From NCBI GenBank assembly GCA_051252135.1, contig JBPOGH010000010.1:128130-192129 (forward strand): 64,000 nucleotides of DNA. The letters run 5' to 3'. This stretch comes from Verrucomicrobiaceae bacterium (GTDB taxonomy: Bacteria; Verrucomicrobiota; Verrucomicrobiia; Verrucomicrobiales; Akkermansiaceae). Under the pieces are notes generated by a model. That model saw only the letters and a program-made list of their open reading frames with translations. It ran no database searches and had not been told where the DNA came from. Made by a program: the position numbers and the translations under genes. Positions 37,402 to 46,892 of this stretch are shown piece after piece; positions within the stretch are counted from its first letter, which is position 1; every line of letters starts with the position of its first letter.

Positions 37402-37547
37402 AAGGACCGATTGATATAAATCGTGGTGTATAGAAGAATCGGATTTGTGGCAATCCATCTGTTAGAGGTTGGGAGAGAAATAAATACTTGGCTTTGATTC
37501 GGGGCCCTTGCTTGTCAAAGGGGTGGGGGATGGCCTAGCTTCCGTGC

Positions 37548-38462
37548 ATGAGTTTGCGCGCAGGAGTAGCCGGGTCGGGATCGATGGGGAGAAATCACGC
37601 CCGGATCTACAGCATTTTGGAAGGAGTGGAGCTGGCGGCGGTCTATGATGCCGACCTTTCGCGGGCGCAGGAAATCGCGGGGGAGTTTGGCGGGAAGGCT
37701 GTTGCGACGATGGAGGAATTTGCGGAAGCGGTGGATTTGGCGAGTGTGGCGGTGCCGACGATTGCGCATCTGGCGGTGGGTGGTGAGTTGATGAAGCGGG
37801 GGGTGCATGTGTTGATGGAGAAGCCGATTGCGAGCAATGTGGAGGAGGCGACCGAGTTGGTGACGATCTCGAAAGAGCATGATCGAATTTTGCAGGTGGG
37901 TCACATTGAGCGCTTCAATCCGGTGATGCGGGAATTGGAGAGCAAGCTGAACAATCCGACTTTTATTGAAGCGCACCGTTTGTCGCCTTTTCCGAACCGG
38001 AGTATCGACATCGGGGTGGTGCTGGATCTGATGATTCACGATCTGGAGATTATTCTGCATTTGGTGAAATCGCCGGTGGCGAGCATTGATGCGGTGGGGG
38101 TGCCGGTGCTGATGAAGACCGAGGACATTGCGAATGCGCGGATTCGGTTTGAGAACGGCTGTGTGGCGAACATCACGGCGAGCCGGATCAGTCCGGAGCG
38201 GATGCGCAAGATTCGGGTGTTCCAGAGTGATGGCTACCTGTCGCTGGATTACCAGGAGCAGACGGGTGAGATGTATTGGCGTGAGGGGATGGAGATCAAG
38301 AAGGCTCCGGTGGAGGTGGAAAAGGACGAGCCGCTTAAGCTGGAGCTCGCGGCCTTTGTCGAGAGTGTGAAGGGGGAGGGATCGAGAGGGGTTTCGGGTG
38401 AGCAGGGGGCGAATGCGCTGGCGGTGGCTCTGGAGATCACGAAGCAAATCAACGGGGCGTAG
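37548..38462 (+). CDS. Gfo/Idh/MocA-family oxidoreductase
   Basis: GSGSMG; EKP; VGHIERFNP; DLMIHD. Confidence 0.92.
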   Translation: MSLRAGVAGSGSMGRNHARIYSILEGVELAAVYDADLSRAQEIAGEFGGKAVATMEEFAEAVDLASVAVPTIAHLAVGGELMKRGVHVLMEKPIASNVEEATELVTISKEHDRILQVGHIERFNPVMRELESKLNNPTFIEAHRLSPFPNRSIDIGVVLDLMIHDLEIILHLVKSPVASIDAVGVPVLMKTEDIANARIRFENGCVANITASRISPERMRKIRVFQSDGYLSLDYQEQTGEMYWREGMEIKKAPVEVEKDEPLKLELAAFVESVKGEGSRGVSGEQGANALAVALEITKQINGA

Positions 38463-38524
38463 GCGGGGGGGACGGGGGCAGGATTCCCATTCGCTTTTTT
38501 ATTAAGGTGGGTTAAGATTCGGCT

Positions 38525-39538
38525 GTGAAGATTCTCGCAGCAATGATTGCCCTGACGGGTGGCTCCGCGTGGGCGGATGAGGGGAAGCCCGATTCGGTTG
38601 AGGAGGGGTTGAGGATTCAGATTTTTCTCGATCAGAAGTGCTTTGGTCCGGGGTTCCTGGACGGGAAGCCGGGGAATTTTACGGCGGGGGCGGTGTATGC
38701 TTACAACCGGACGCACGGACGTTCGCCGGGTGATTGGGCGGCGGTGCTGGCGGATGCGCAGGCGGAGGTGGAAGTGCTTTACGCGATGGCGACGGTGCCC
38801 GGTCTGGCATCAGCTTATGTGAATCCGGATCTGCCCAGTGACAAGGATCGCGAGGCGCAGTCCAAGGAGAAGATGATGGCCTATACGTCCTATTTGGAAT
38901 TCATGGCGGAGCGGTATCATACCTCTGATTCGTTTCTGATTGAGCTGAACGGGAGGTCGAAGGCGTATAATTTGAAGCCAGGGGCGTTGCTGAAGGTGCC
39001 CAATATCGAGCCATTTCGAATTGAGGAGATGGCCTCGGGGCGATCGCACAAGGAGGATCCGGTGCTCAGTGGGCGGACGGTGGTGATTGATACGAATCTG
39101 AAGCAAATTTTTGTCTACGACCCGGCGACTGCGGTGAAAGTGGCGCCCGGGGTGGCGGTGGCGGTATCCGAGGATGAGGAAGAGCCTTTGGGAGCGTTGG
39201 TGGCGATGTTTCCGACGACGCCGGGGCAGGAGAAATTTATTCATCGTGGCGAATGGTCGATCCGCAATGCGGTGGAGTTGCCGCAGTGGCGGTATGACAA
39301 GCAGTTGCTGGAGACGGGCAAGCGGGGGAAGGAAGCGCTGCAGATTCCGGGTGGTCCGAACAATCCGGTGGGAGTGTTGTGGTGCGGTCTTTCGAAAGCG
39401 GGGATCGGGATTCACGGGACCTCGAATCCGCGGACGATCGGGCGGGCGCAAAGCGCGGGGTGTTATCGGTTGTCGAACTGGGATGCGGCTCGGTTCATGC
39501 AGTATGCCCGGCCCGGAGCGCGGGTGATTGTGCGGTAG
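38525..39538 (+). CDS. L,D-transpeptidase (YkuD family)
   Basis: GPNNPVG; GIHGT...SAGCYRL catalytic motif. Confidence 0.9.
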   Translation: MKILAAMIALTGGSAWADEGKPDSVEEGLRIQIFLDQKCFGPGFLDGKPGNFTAGAVYAYNRTHGRSPGDWAAVLADAQAEVEVLYAMATVPGLASAYVNPDLPSDKDREAQSKEKMMAYTSYLEFMAERYHTSDSFLIELNGRSKAYNLKPGALLKVPNIEPFRIEEMASGRSHKEDPVLSGRTVVIDTNLKQIFVYDPATAVKVAPGVAVAVSEDEEEPLGALVAMFPTTPGQEKFIHRGEWSIRNAVELPQWRYDKQLLETGKRGKEALQIPGGPNNPVGVLWCGLSKAGIGIHGTSNPRTIGRAQSAGCYRLSNWDAARFMQYARPGARVIVR

Positions 39539-39579
39539 TTTCTTGCCACGGTGGTGAGGTCCGGCGCATCTTCGGTTCG

Positions 39580-40635
39580 ATGAGCGCACCGAAGAAGATG
39601 GCGATCCGTTTGGCGGTGTATTGCCTGCTCATCGGGTATTTGTGCCTGGATCTTTTTGTGTGGAAGGGTCCGGTAAACCAGACGTTGAAGGGTCCGGGGC
39701 TTGGATCGGAGCGGGGGATTGCGGAGGCGAAGGCGATGGGGATTGCGGCGCGGGTTTATTACCAGCCGATTTACCGGGCGCAGGTGGATGAGCGGGCGCG
39801 GGAGTATCTTTGGAAGAGAGGGCGGACGTGGGAGGATACGACGGAGCCGGAGCGGCGATTTTTACGGGAGGCGACGGTGCAGCAGCTGATTGACGAATTG
39901 TTGCTCAAGATTCAGATCAAGGTGTCCCCGGTGACGGCGTATGAGGTGCCGGACGAGGTTCAGGAGGCGGAGTTCCGGAGGTTCAAGGACCGGTATGCGG
40001 AGGGTGAACTGGAGGCGCTGATGGAGAAGCAGGGCTGGAGCGGTGAGGAGGAGGCGAAGATGCGGCTGAATGCGCGCTTGCAGCGTGAGGTGTATCTGAC
40101 GGATATGCTGGCCTCGGGTGTGTCGGATGAGGATGCGTTGGCCTTTTATGAGGAGAACAAGGGGGCGCTGGTGTCTCCGGAGAGACGTCAGGTGAGGCAG
40201 GTGATGATTCCGGCCTTGGCGATGGAGGGGGAGGCTGCCCGTGGGGTGCTGGAGGCGGCGCTTGAGCGAGTGGTCGTCGGGAAAGAGGAATTTGCGAAGG
40301 TGGCCGGTGAGGTGGAGGGGGCGAGTGAGGCGGTTGATTTGGGGTGGGTGGTGAAGGATCGGTTGCCGAAGGATTTTGCGATTTCGGTTTTTGGGTTGCC
40401 GCTGAACAAGCCGACGATGATCCAGTCGAAGTTGGGGTGGCATTTGGTCGAGGTGACCGGGCTGGAGCCAGCGGGGGAGCCCTCGTTTGAGGAGGTGAAG
40501 GAATCGGTCAAGCGGGCGATTCAGCAAGAGCGGAAGGAGGCGCAGTTTGTTTATTTCCGACGGCTGATGAGACTGCGGGCGGAGGGGGCGGTGGAGATTT
40601 TTGAGGACGTCCTCTATGTGGAGGAGCGGGAGTGA
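39580..40635 (+). CDS. Parvulin/PpiC-type peptidyl-prolyl isomerase (SurA/PrsA-like)
   Basis: N-terminal TM; DLGWV; SKLGWHLVEV. Confidence 0.8.
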   Translation: MSAPKKMAIRLAVYCLLIGYLCLDLFVWKGPVNQTLKGPGLGSERGIAEAKAMGIAARVYYQPIYRAQVDERAREYLWKRGRTWEDTTEPERRFLREATVQQLIDELLLKIQIKVSPVTAYEVPDEVQEAEFRRFKDRYAEGELEALMEKQGWSGEEEAKMRLNARLQREVYLTDMLASGVSDEDALAFYEENKGALVSPERRQVRQVMIPALAMEGEAARGVLEAALERVVVGKEEFAKVAGEVEGASEAVDLGWVVKDRLPKDFAISVFGLPLNKPTMIQSKLGWHLVEVTGLEPAGEPSFEEVKESVKRAIQQERKEAQFVYFRRLMRLRAEGAVEIFEDVLYVEERE

Positions 40636-40969
40636 ATTGAGGGGGAAGCGGAGACTCTCTGCGGATTTGGGCAAGATGCACTTTTTACACTCTTAGTTTC
40701 AAAGCGGAAGTGCGCGGGTTCGTTTGAAAAGCAGGCCAAGAGTTGATTGCATCAGCACTATTTTCGTCGTTCAAAACTGAGCTTATGTACAATGTCTCAC
40801 CAACACCTGACTTGCGAAGAGCGTCATACAGCTTCGACTTTGCGACGCAATGGCTCAAAGCCGTCCAAGAAAATACCTCGACACCAAAATTCCCAATGAG
40901 ATCTTTTTCAAGAACTGACTTGTGCACTTCCGAGTTGAAACCGCCCTCGAAAAGGGCGGAACGTCTACG

Positions 40970-41566
40970 TCATCTTCGGTTCCGTAGTGTCAAGAATGAG
41001 AGTGGCAACATACAGAAAAGAAGTGACTGGGGTTCGGGGACGGCAATATAGTGCGCTCCGAAATTATCATCTACAAAAGTTCCTAGATTAGTTTCAGAAA
41101 AAAATGATATTTCTAGATATTGAACTCTGTTTGCAGGGTGTAATTCGTTGCTGTTGATGTTTCCAGATGGGTCAGGTAAAGCTGAGTCAAAGGTAATCAC
41201 TCCTGGTCCTTCTTCAGGTGTGTTGCTACCTGAATAGAGTGGGATGATAGAAGTGTACTTAATTGGACCGCCTGGGTGGGTCGTGTCACTGAGTTGAAAC
41301 CAGACCTGGATAACGGTTTCACCAGTCCCAAGGGAAAGAGATGCAGTCGCTCCTAGAATTGTGTTACTCGGTCCAAGGATTTTTGGACCACTTCCGTTCA
41401 GATTGAATTCATCTATAGATATGGTGCTGGACACGTCCCCGTCTTGGACTCCGAGATGGATGCCGGATCCAAGGATCGTGGCGGAATGGGCATTCATCGT
41501 AAGAATTCCGAAGAAAATAATAGGTGGGAAAAGTTTTTGTAATACACTGTATGAGTTTTTTTTCAT
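40970..41566 (-). CDS. PEP-CTERM sorting domain-containing protein, AT-rich
   Basis: Signal peptide; VPEPQSLLFCMLPLSFLTLRNRR; markedly AT-richer than flanks. Confidence 0.88.
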   Translation of the reverse strand: MKKNSYSVLQKLFPPIIFFGILTMNAHSATILGSGIHLGVQDGDVSSTISIDEFNLNGSGPKILGPSNTILGATASLSLGTGETVIQVWFQLSDTTHPGGPIKYTSIIPLYSGSNTPEEGPGVITFDSALPDPSGNINSNELHPANRVQYLEISFFSETNLGTFVDDNFGAHYIAVPEPQSLLFCMLPLSFLTLRNRR

Positions 41567-41753
41567 GAGGTTTTATGAGGGGTGGAAGACCTTAAATAAA
41601 GTGGTCCCGTTAATGTAGCTAGAATAGTTTATTTTTTGTTAATTCTGTTAGTTGATCGGCTTGGGGAGATTTGATTTTTTATAGACTGATGTTTCTTCTT
41701 CGAGTTCGGTCTCATGAATCTCCCAAGCTGATGAGGCGCCGTGCTTCTGATGG

Positions 41754-41816
41754 CTGCGGGCGGAAGGGAAGATCGAATTTTTTGAGGATGTTCTTTATGT
41801 GGAGGAGCGGGAGTAA
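41754..41816 (+). repeat. Diverged orphan copy of the last 21 codons of the PPIase gene (40573-40635)
   Basis: 52/63 nt identical by manual alignment; LRAEGKIEFFEDVLYVEERE* versus LRAEGAVEIFEDVLYVEERE*. Confidence 0.92.
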
Positions 41817-44303
41817 TTACCGGGCCTGAATGGTGGTGCTTGCGGGGGCGAGGCCTTCGCTGGTGGCGGTGATTTTGATGTCGCCTGCGGTGCCGGGGTA
41901 GCTCTTGACGATGAGCATGCATTTGCCGGAGAAGGCTTTGCGGTGCGGGGCCTGAAAGGATTCGACGGAGGCGGCGTTGCCATTGCCGACGGCGGCGATG
42001 ACTCCGCCTTCGACCTGGAAGTTGACGAGGTTGTCGGCGCGGGGTGCGAGGTGGCCTTTGTCATCGGTGATGGAGACGGTGATGAAGCTGAGGTCCTTGC
42101 CATCCGGGGCGATGATGGTGCGGTCGGGCGAAAGGGAGATTTTCGCGGGAGGGCCGGCGGTGTGGTGTGCTTTTTCGGCGATTTTTTTGCCGTTGTGGTA
42201 GGCGACGATCTTGAGTTCGCCTTTTTCAAAGGGGACATCCCAGCGGAGGCGATAGGGGCTGGCGTAGGGGGCGGGTTTCTTTTCCTTTTGGCCGGGCCAG
42301 CTGTTGAAGTTGACAATGACGTCGGCTTTATCGGTGCCTTTCTTTTTGCGGCCGAGGGATTTGCCGTTGAGGAAGAGTTCGGCTTCATCGCCATTGGTGT
42401 AGGCGTAGACGGGGATGGTTTTGACTTCGTGGTTTTCCCAGTTCCAGTGGGGGAGGAGGTGGACCATGGGGGCGGATTCCGGGGAGGTCCATTGGGATTG
42501 GTAGAGGTAGAAGCGGTCCTTGGGGAGGCCGCAGAGGTCGACGGTGCCGAAGTAGGCGGAGCGTGAGGGCCAGTCGTCATTCCAGTATCCGTTAGTGGAA
42601 TTGTCCCGGCCGCCGTAGGGGGTGGGCTCGCCGAGGTAGTCGAAGCCGGTCCAGACGTACTCGCCGATGACGGAGGGGGTTTTGGCGAGGGAGTCGAACT
42701 CGATATCGGGCGGGTAGGCCCAGACGGGTCCGATGAGGTCGTAGGAAGTGACCTGGTTATCGGTGTATTTTTGATACTTCTCGATGGGGAGGTGGTAGAC
42801 GCCGCGTGAGCTGGTGCAGGAGGAGGTCTCGGAGGCGAGGATGTGCCAGTCGGGGTATTCCTCACGGACCTCGGCGTAGGCGAGGGGTTTGTAGTTGAAG
42901 CCGGGGATATCGACCTCGGCGGCGAGTCCGTTTTTGATGCTGGCGGGGTAGAAGTTGAAGCCGGCGGAAGTGAGTCGGGTGGGGTCTTCGTCCTTGCAGA
43001 TGCGGTGGAGGTGGCGGGCGAGCTTCCAGCCGTCTTTTTTGCCCTGTTCGAGGATTTCGTTGCCGATGGACCACATGATGACGGAGGGGTGGTTGCGGTC
43101 GCGGCGGATCATGTCGCGGAGGTCGATCTCGTGCCACTCTTTGAAGAACTTGTTGTAGCCGTTGGGGATTTTGGGCATTTCCCAGCAATCGAAGGCTTCG
43201 ACCTGGACGAGGATGCCGTGCTTGTCGCAGAGGTCGAGGAGTTCGGGTGAGGGCGGGTTGTGGGCGGTGCGGTAGGAATTGACGCCCATGGACTTCATGA
43301 TTTCGATTTGGCGTTCGGTGGCGCGGGTGTTGACGGCGGCGCCGAGGGGGCCGAGGTCGTGGTGCATGCAGACGCCGTTGATCTGGACGTGTTTTCCGTT
43401 GAGGAGGAAGCCTTTGGTGGCGTCATACTCGATGGAGCGGATGCCGAAGCGGGTGGTGAGTGCGTCGATGGTGTTGGGGCGGACGAGGATGGAGGGGTCA
43501 TCGACGATGATCTCGCTGAGGGCCATGTATTGCTGAGGGTTATCGAGGTCCCAGAGGAGGGGTTTTTCGACGACGAGGCTCTCGGTGTGGGTGACGGAGG
43601 AGAAGGCGGGGATGCTGACCCAGGATTCCATTTTGACGACATCGGTCCGGGAGGGGGTCATGAGGAGGGTGCGGAGGAGGATGCGTTGGGGGGCGACGGT
43701 GTCGTTTTTGAGTTCGGTTTTGACGATGACATCGGCGCTTTTTTCGGAGACGACGGGGGTGGTGACGGCGACGCCCCAGAGTGGGATGTAAACGGAGCTG
43801 GTGGTGGTGAGCCAGACGTTGCGGTAGAGGCCGGCACCGGGATACCAGCGGGAGGAGAGGTCCTCGGGGCGGAGGCGGACGGCGATGGTGTTTTCTCCGC
43901 CGTAGTTCAGGAAATGACTGAGGTCGTACTGGAAGCCCATGTAGCCGAAGGGGCGGTGGCCGAGGAACTGGCCGTTGATCCAGACGTGGGCGTCGTACAT
44001 GGCGCCGTCGAAGGTGATGGCGAGGCGTTTGCCCTCGTCTTCAGCGGAGACGTTGAAGGTTTTGCGATACCAGCCGGTGCCGTGGAAGGGGAGGCCGCCG
44101 GAGCGGGCGTTGTATTTGACATCGAAAGGGCCTTCGATGGCCCAGTCATGAGGGAGGTCGAGGGAGCGCCAGGAGGAGTCATCGAAAGAGGGAGCTTCGG
44201 CGCCTTCGGCTTCGGCATTGAAGAACTTCCATCCTTCATTGAAGGAGACGTGGGTTCGCGCGTGGGCAGTGACGATGAGAAGAAGGCAGAGTAGGAGGCG
44301 CAT
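41817..44303 (-). CDS. Glycoside hydrolase family 2 (beta-galactosidase-like)
   Basis: LPHDWAIEG; GVCMHHDLG; RTAHNPP; RDRNHPSVIMWSIGNE; WTGFDYLGEP. Confidence 0.95.
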   Translation of the reverse strand: MRLLLCLLLIVTAHARTHVSFNEGWKFFNAEAEGAEAPSFDDSSWRSLDLPHDWAIEGPFDVKYNARSGGLPFHGTGWYRKTFNVSAEDEGKRLAITFDGAMYDAHVWINGQFLGHRPFGYMGFQYDLSHFLNYGGENTIAVRLRPEDLSSRWYPGAGLYRNVWLTTTSSVYIPLWGVAVTTPVVSEKSADVIVKTELKNDTVAPQRILLRTLLMTPSRTDVVKMESWVSIPAFSSVTHTESLVVEKPLLWDLDNPQQYMALSEIIVDDPSILVRPNTIDALTTRFGIRSIEYDATKGFLLNGKHVQINGVCMHHDLGPLGAAVNTRATERQIEIMKSMGVNSYRTAHNPPSPELLDLCDKHGILVQVEAFDCWEMPKIPNGYNKFFKEWHEIDLRDMIRRDRNHPSVIMWSIGNEILEQGKKDGWKLARHLHRICKDEDPTRLTSAGFNFYPASIKNGLAAEVDIPGFNYKPLAYAEVREEYPDWHILASETSSCTSSRGVYHLPIEKYQKYTDNQVTSYDLIGPVWAYPPDIEFDSLAKTPSVIGEYVWTGFDYLGEPTPYGGRDNSTNGYWNDDWPSRSAYFGTVDLCGLPKDRFYLYQSQWTSPESAPMVHLLPHWNWENHEVKTIPVYAYTNGDEAELFLNGKSLGRKKKGTDKADVIVNFNSWPGQKEKKPAPYASPYRLRWDVPFEKGELKIVAYHNGKKIAEKAHHTAGPPAKISLSPDRTIIAPDGKDLSFITVSITDDKGHLAPRADNLVNFQVEGGVIAAVGNGNAASVESFQAPHRKAFSGKCMLIVKSYPGTAGDIKITATSEGLAPASTTIQAR

Positions 44304-44403
44304 ACGGGGAGAGTATGTCACCGGAGGAGCGGAAATTGCATTCTCAAATTTTGATCAAATGAAAGCCTTGCAAGACGGGATGGGAATCGGTTGGGTGTGC
44401 GGC

Positions 44404-45495
44404 ATGGTTCGAGTTTTTGTTTCCGGATGCTATGATCTTCTTCATGCAGGGCATTTGCAGTTTTTTACGGAAGCCCGGGCTTTGGGGGATCATTTGACGG
44501 TGAGTTTTGCGAGTGAGGAGATTCTTTGGAGTCACAAGGGGCGGAGGAGTTCCCTGCCGGATGCGCACAAGAAAGCTCTTTTGGAAGCGCTTCCGATGGT
44601 CGACGAAGTGGTGAGCTGCAATGGGCACAAGCTGGGCCTTGATTTTGAGCCCTCATTCCTTGAGCTGCGCCCGGACATTCTCGCGGTCACGGAAGATGAT
44701 CAGTATGGCGAGCTGAAGAAGGCGCTGTGTGAGGAGATTGGCTGCCGTTATGTGAGAATGCCAAAGACCTCGCCAAAGATTCCACCTATTTCCTCCAGTG
44801 AGATTGTGGCCCGGGTGAGATCGATGTCCGAGGCGCCATTGCGAGTGGATTTTGCGGGAGGTTGGCTCGATGTGCCCAAGTATGCGCGGGAAGGAGCCTA
44901 TGTCGTGAATTGTGCGATTTCTCCGAGAGTGAGTTTGAAAAACTGGCCTTATGAGAAGAGTGCTGGGCTTGGGGGCAGTGGAGCGTGGGCCTTGTTGAAC
45001 GGGCGGGACGGAGTGGAGGCGGAGCTGGGTCTGGGTGTGGGGTGGCAAGACCCGGCAGTCATTCAGGAGACCGGAATTTGTGTTTGGAAAAGTGGCGAAA
45101 GGCCGGTGCTTGATTTTAAGAGGGATGGCTCCTTTTTAGCGGGGCGAATGGCGTTGCAGTGGTCGGGAAGTGATCATGATACTCCGGGGGCAGTTGATAT
45201 CGATCGGGACTATGATTTGATTGAGAAGGCGGGCCGGCAGGCGGCGGAAGCGGTTTATACCGAATCGGTCGAAAAATTGGCGGAGGCGATTCGGATGTCC
45301 TATGTGGTTCAATTGGGAGAGGGGATGCGCGAGCTTCCCGAGGTGCCCAATTGTGTGGCGCGCAAGTACTGCGGTGGCGGGCACGGGGGGTATGGGCTGC
45401 TGTTGTTTGCGAACGGAGCCGACCGAGATGAAGCGATCAGGAATGATGAAGCGATCTTGCCGATCGAGCCGTATTATTCGTCATCGATCCATTGA
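44404..45495 (+). CDS. Cytidylyltransferase-like (HxGH) domain fused to a compact GHMP-kinase-like domain
   Basis: SGCYDLLHAGH; ISSS; APLRVDFAGGWLD; SAGLGGSGA; GWQD; CGGGHGG. Confidence 0.8.
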   Translation: MVRVFVSGCYDLLHAGHLQFFTEARALGDHLTVSFASEEILWSHKGRRSSLPDAHKKALLEALPMVDEVVSCNGHKLGLDFEPSFLELRPDILAVTEDDQYGELKKALCEEIGCRYVRMPKTSPKIPPISSSEIVARVRSMSEAPLRVDFAGGWLDVPKYAREGAYVVNCAISPRVSLKNWPYEKSAGLGGSGAWALLNGRDGVEAELGLGVGWQDPAVIQETGICVWKSGERPVLDFKRDGSFLAGRMALQWSGSDHDTPGAVDIDRDYDLIEKAGRQAAEAVYTESVEKLAEAIRMSYVVQLGEGMRELPEVPNCVARKYCGGGHGGYGLLLFANGADRDEAIRNDEAILPIEPYYSSSIH

Positions 45496-46679
45496 TCGAG
45501 CCTGGGGACGTCCTTGAGGAGTTGCAGGGCGACGAGGTGGTGGCCGAGGGGGTAGGTCCAGCGCTCGGGCCGGCCGAGTTGGTGGTAGAGTTCGGCGAAC
45601 TGGTCGGAGGGGATGATGCGGTCGATGGTGCCGTGGATGAAGAGGAGTCGTTCGTTGGCGAGGTGGGGGGCGAGGCGGCCGGAGTGGAGTTTGGTGAGTT
45701 GGGCGGCGCGTTGGTAGAGCTGGCGGTATTCGGGTTCGGTAGGGATACGGCGGGCTTCGGGGGGAGGGTCGGCGCGAACCCAGTCGGCCCATTTCATGGC
45801 TCCTTCGAAGACTCCGGCGGCGTCGCGTTGGTAGGCATCGAGGAGGTTGGTGCCGGCGCTGACGAAGACGATGGCATCCCAGCCGGGGGTTTGGAGGGCG
45901 ACGGCGGGGGTGGTGAAGGAGCCGGCGCTGGTGCCGATGAGGACGCGTTTTTTTGAAAGCCAATCGGGTCGTGTTTTGCGGAGGTAAGCAAGGGCGGCTT
46001 TGGTGGCGTAGGCTTGTCCGGCGTAGTGTTGGTCCATGTGGTTGGCGAGGAAGCGGGCGGCGGCCCCGAGGTCTTCCTTTTCGGTGGCGTAGGCGGGGAG
46101 GCGGCTGCGGTAGAAGGAATCGGAGGGGAGGCCGACGAGGACGTGCCAGCCGTGGTTCTGAAGGCGTTGGACGATCATGCGCTCGACTTGGGAGAGCATC
46201 ATGATGGAGGTCTGGTAGTGGATCATTCCCTTGGGCTCCGGGGTGGTGGCGGGGAAGGTCTCGAAGAAGGTGCTGCGGAAGGGGAAGGCGGAGAAGAACC
46301 AAAAGTCCTGGGTGGGGCTGTGGAGTTCGTTGAATTTTGATTTGTAGGGGCTGGGTCCGGCGAGGAAGGAGGTGGGGAAGAACTGCATGTTGAGCGGGAC
46401 GATTCCGGGAGGGGAATCGAGTTCGCGCTTTGAGATGACGCAGAAGGTTTCGTGCCCGCGGTCATCGGGTCCGTAGGTGGTGACGGGGCCCGCGGGGGTA
46501 TGATGGGTGGAGGGGAAGTGGGGGCCTTGTTGAACTGTGAATTTTTCGGCGAGGGGGACGGCTTGCCACTTGGGCCAAGAGAGAGAGGGCTTGGCGGGAG
46601 GGGGGGAGTCAACCGAGGGGTCGATGCGGGCGGTGCAGGACCAGAGGAGAAGGAGGGGGAAGATGGAGAGGAAGCGCAC
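45474..46679 (-). CDS. Alpha/beta-hydrolase-fold lipoprotein
   Basis: Lipobox LLWSC after GTG 46679; GTSAG nucleophile elbow; HGTIDRII; LGHH. Confidence 0.7.
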   Translation of the reverse strand: MRFLSIFPLLLLWSCTARIDPSVDSPPPAKPSLSWPKWQAVPLAEKFTVQQGPHFPSTHHTPAGPVTTYGPDDRGHETFCVISKRELDSPPGIVPLNMQFFPTSFLAGPSPYKSKFNELHSPTQDFWFFSAFPFRSTFFETFPATTPEPKGMIHYQTSIMMLSQVERMIVQRLQNHGWHVLVGLPSDSFYRSRLPAYATEKEDLGAAARFLANHMDQHYAGQAYATKAALAYLRKTRPDWLSKKRVLIGTSAGSFTTPAVALQTPGWDAIVFVSAGTNLLDAYQRDAAGVFEGAMKWADWVRADPPPEARRIPTEPEYRQLYQRAAQLTKLHSGRLAPHLANERLLFIHGTIDRIIPSDQFAELYHQLGRPERWTYPLGHHLVALQLLKDVPRLDQWIDDE

Positions 46680-46774
46680 CGGTGGGGAAGGTTTCACTCT
46701 TTTGGGGTGCAGGCAAATGCAGAGTTTTGGGCGCGGGGTCGTATCGTCCATGCAGGGCATGGTGAAAAACAGAG

Positions 46775-46820
46775 AACCCCAGGCGATGCCTGGGGTTAAG
46801 TTATGTTGCTCGCTATGGGG
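46775..46820. repeat. REP-like element related to 26538-26582
   Basis: Hairpin aaccccaggc-gat-gcctggggtt followed by aagttatgttgctcgctatgggg. Confidence 0.6.
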
Positions 46821-46892
46821 CTATGGGGCTATGGGGCTATGGGGCTATGGGGCTATGGGGCTATGGGGCTATGGGGCTATGGGGCTATGGGG
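46813..46892 (+). repeat. Perfect tandem repeat (CTATGGGG)x10
   Basis: Ten exact 8-bp units counted directly. Confidence 0.97.

Noticed and set aside
40685..40972. The PEP-CTERM TGA (40970-40972) is in frame with a downstream 80-aa ORF and followed by a hairpin, suggesting read-through
   Set aside because: The stop falls exactly where PEP-CTERM proteins end (after the basic tail); the hairpin ccgccct-tttcg-agggcgg looks like a terminator and lacks an early loop G; the downstream ORF has no recognisable features
46813..46892. Tandem repeats as a possible CRISPR array or coding repeat (YGAMGLWG in ORF 46537-46980)
   Set aside because: No spacers and no cas genes; the ORF is a by-product of the octamer repeat
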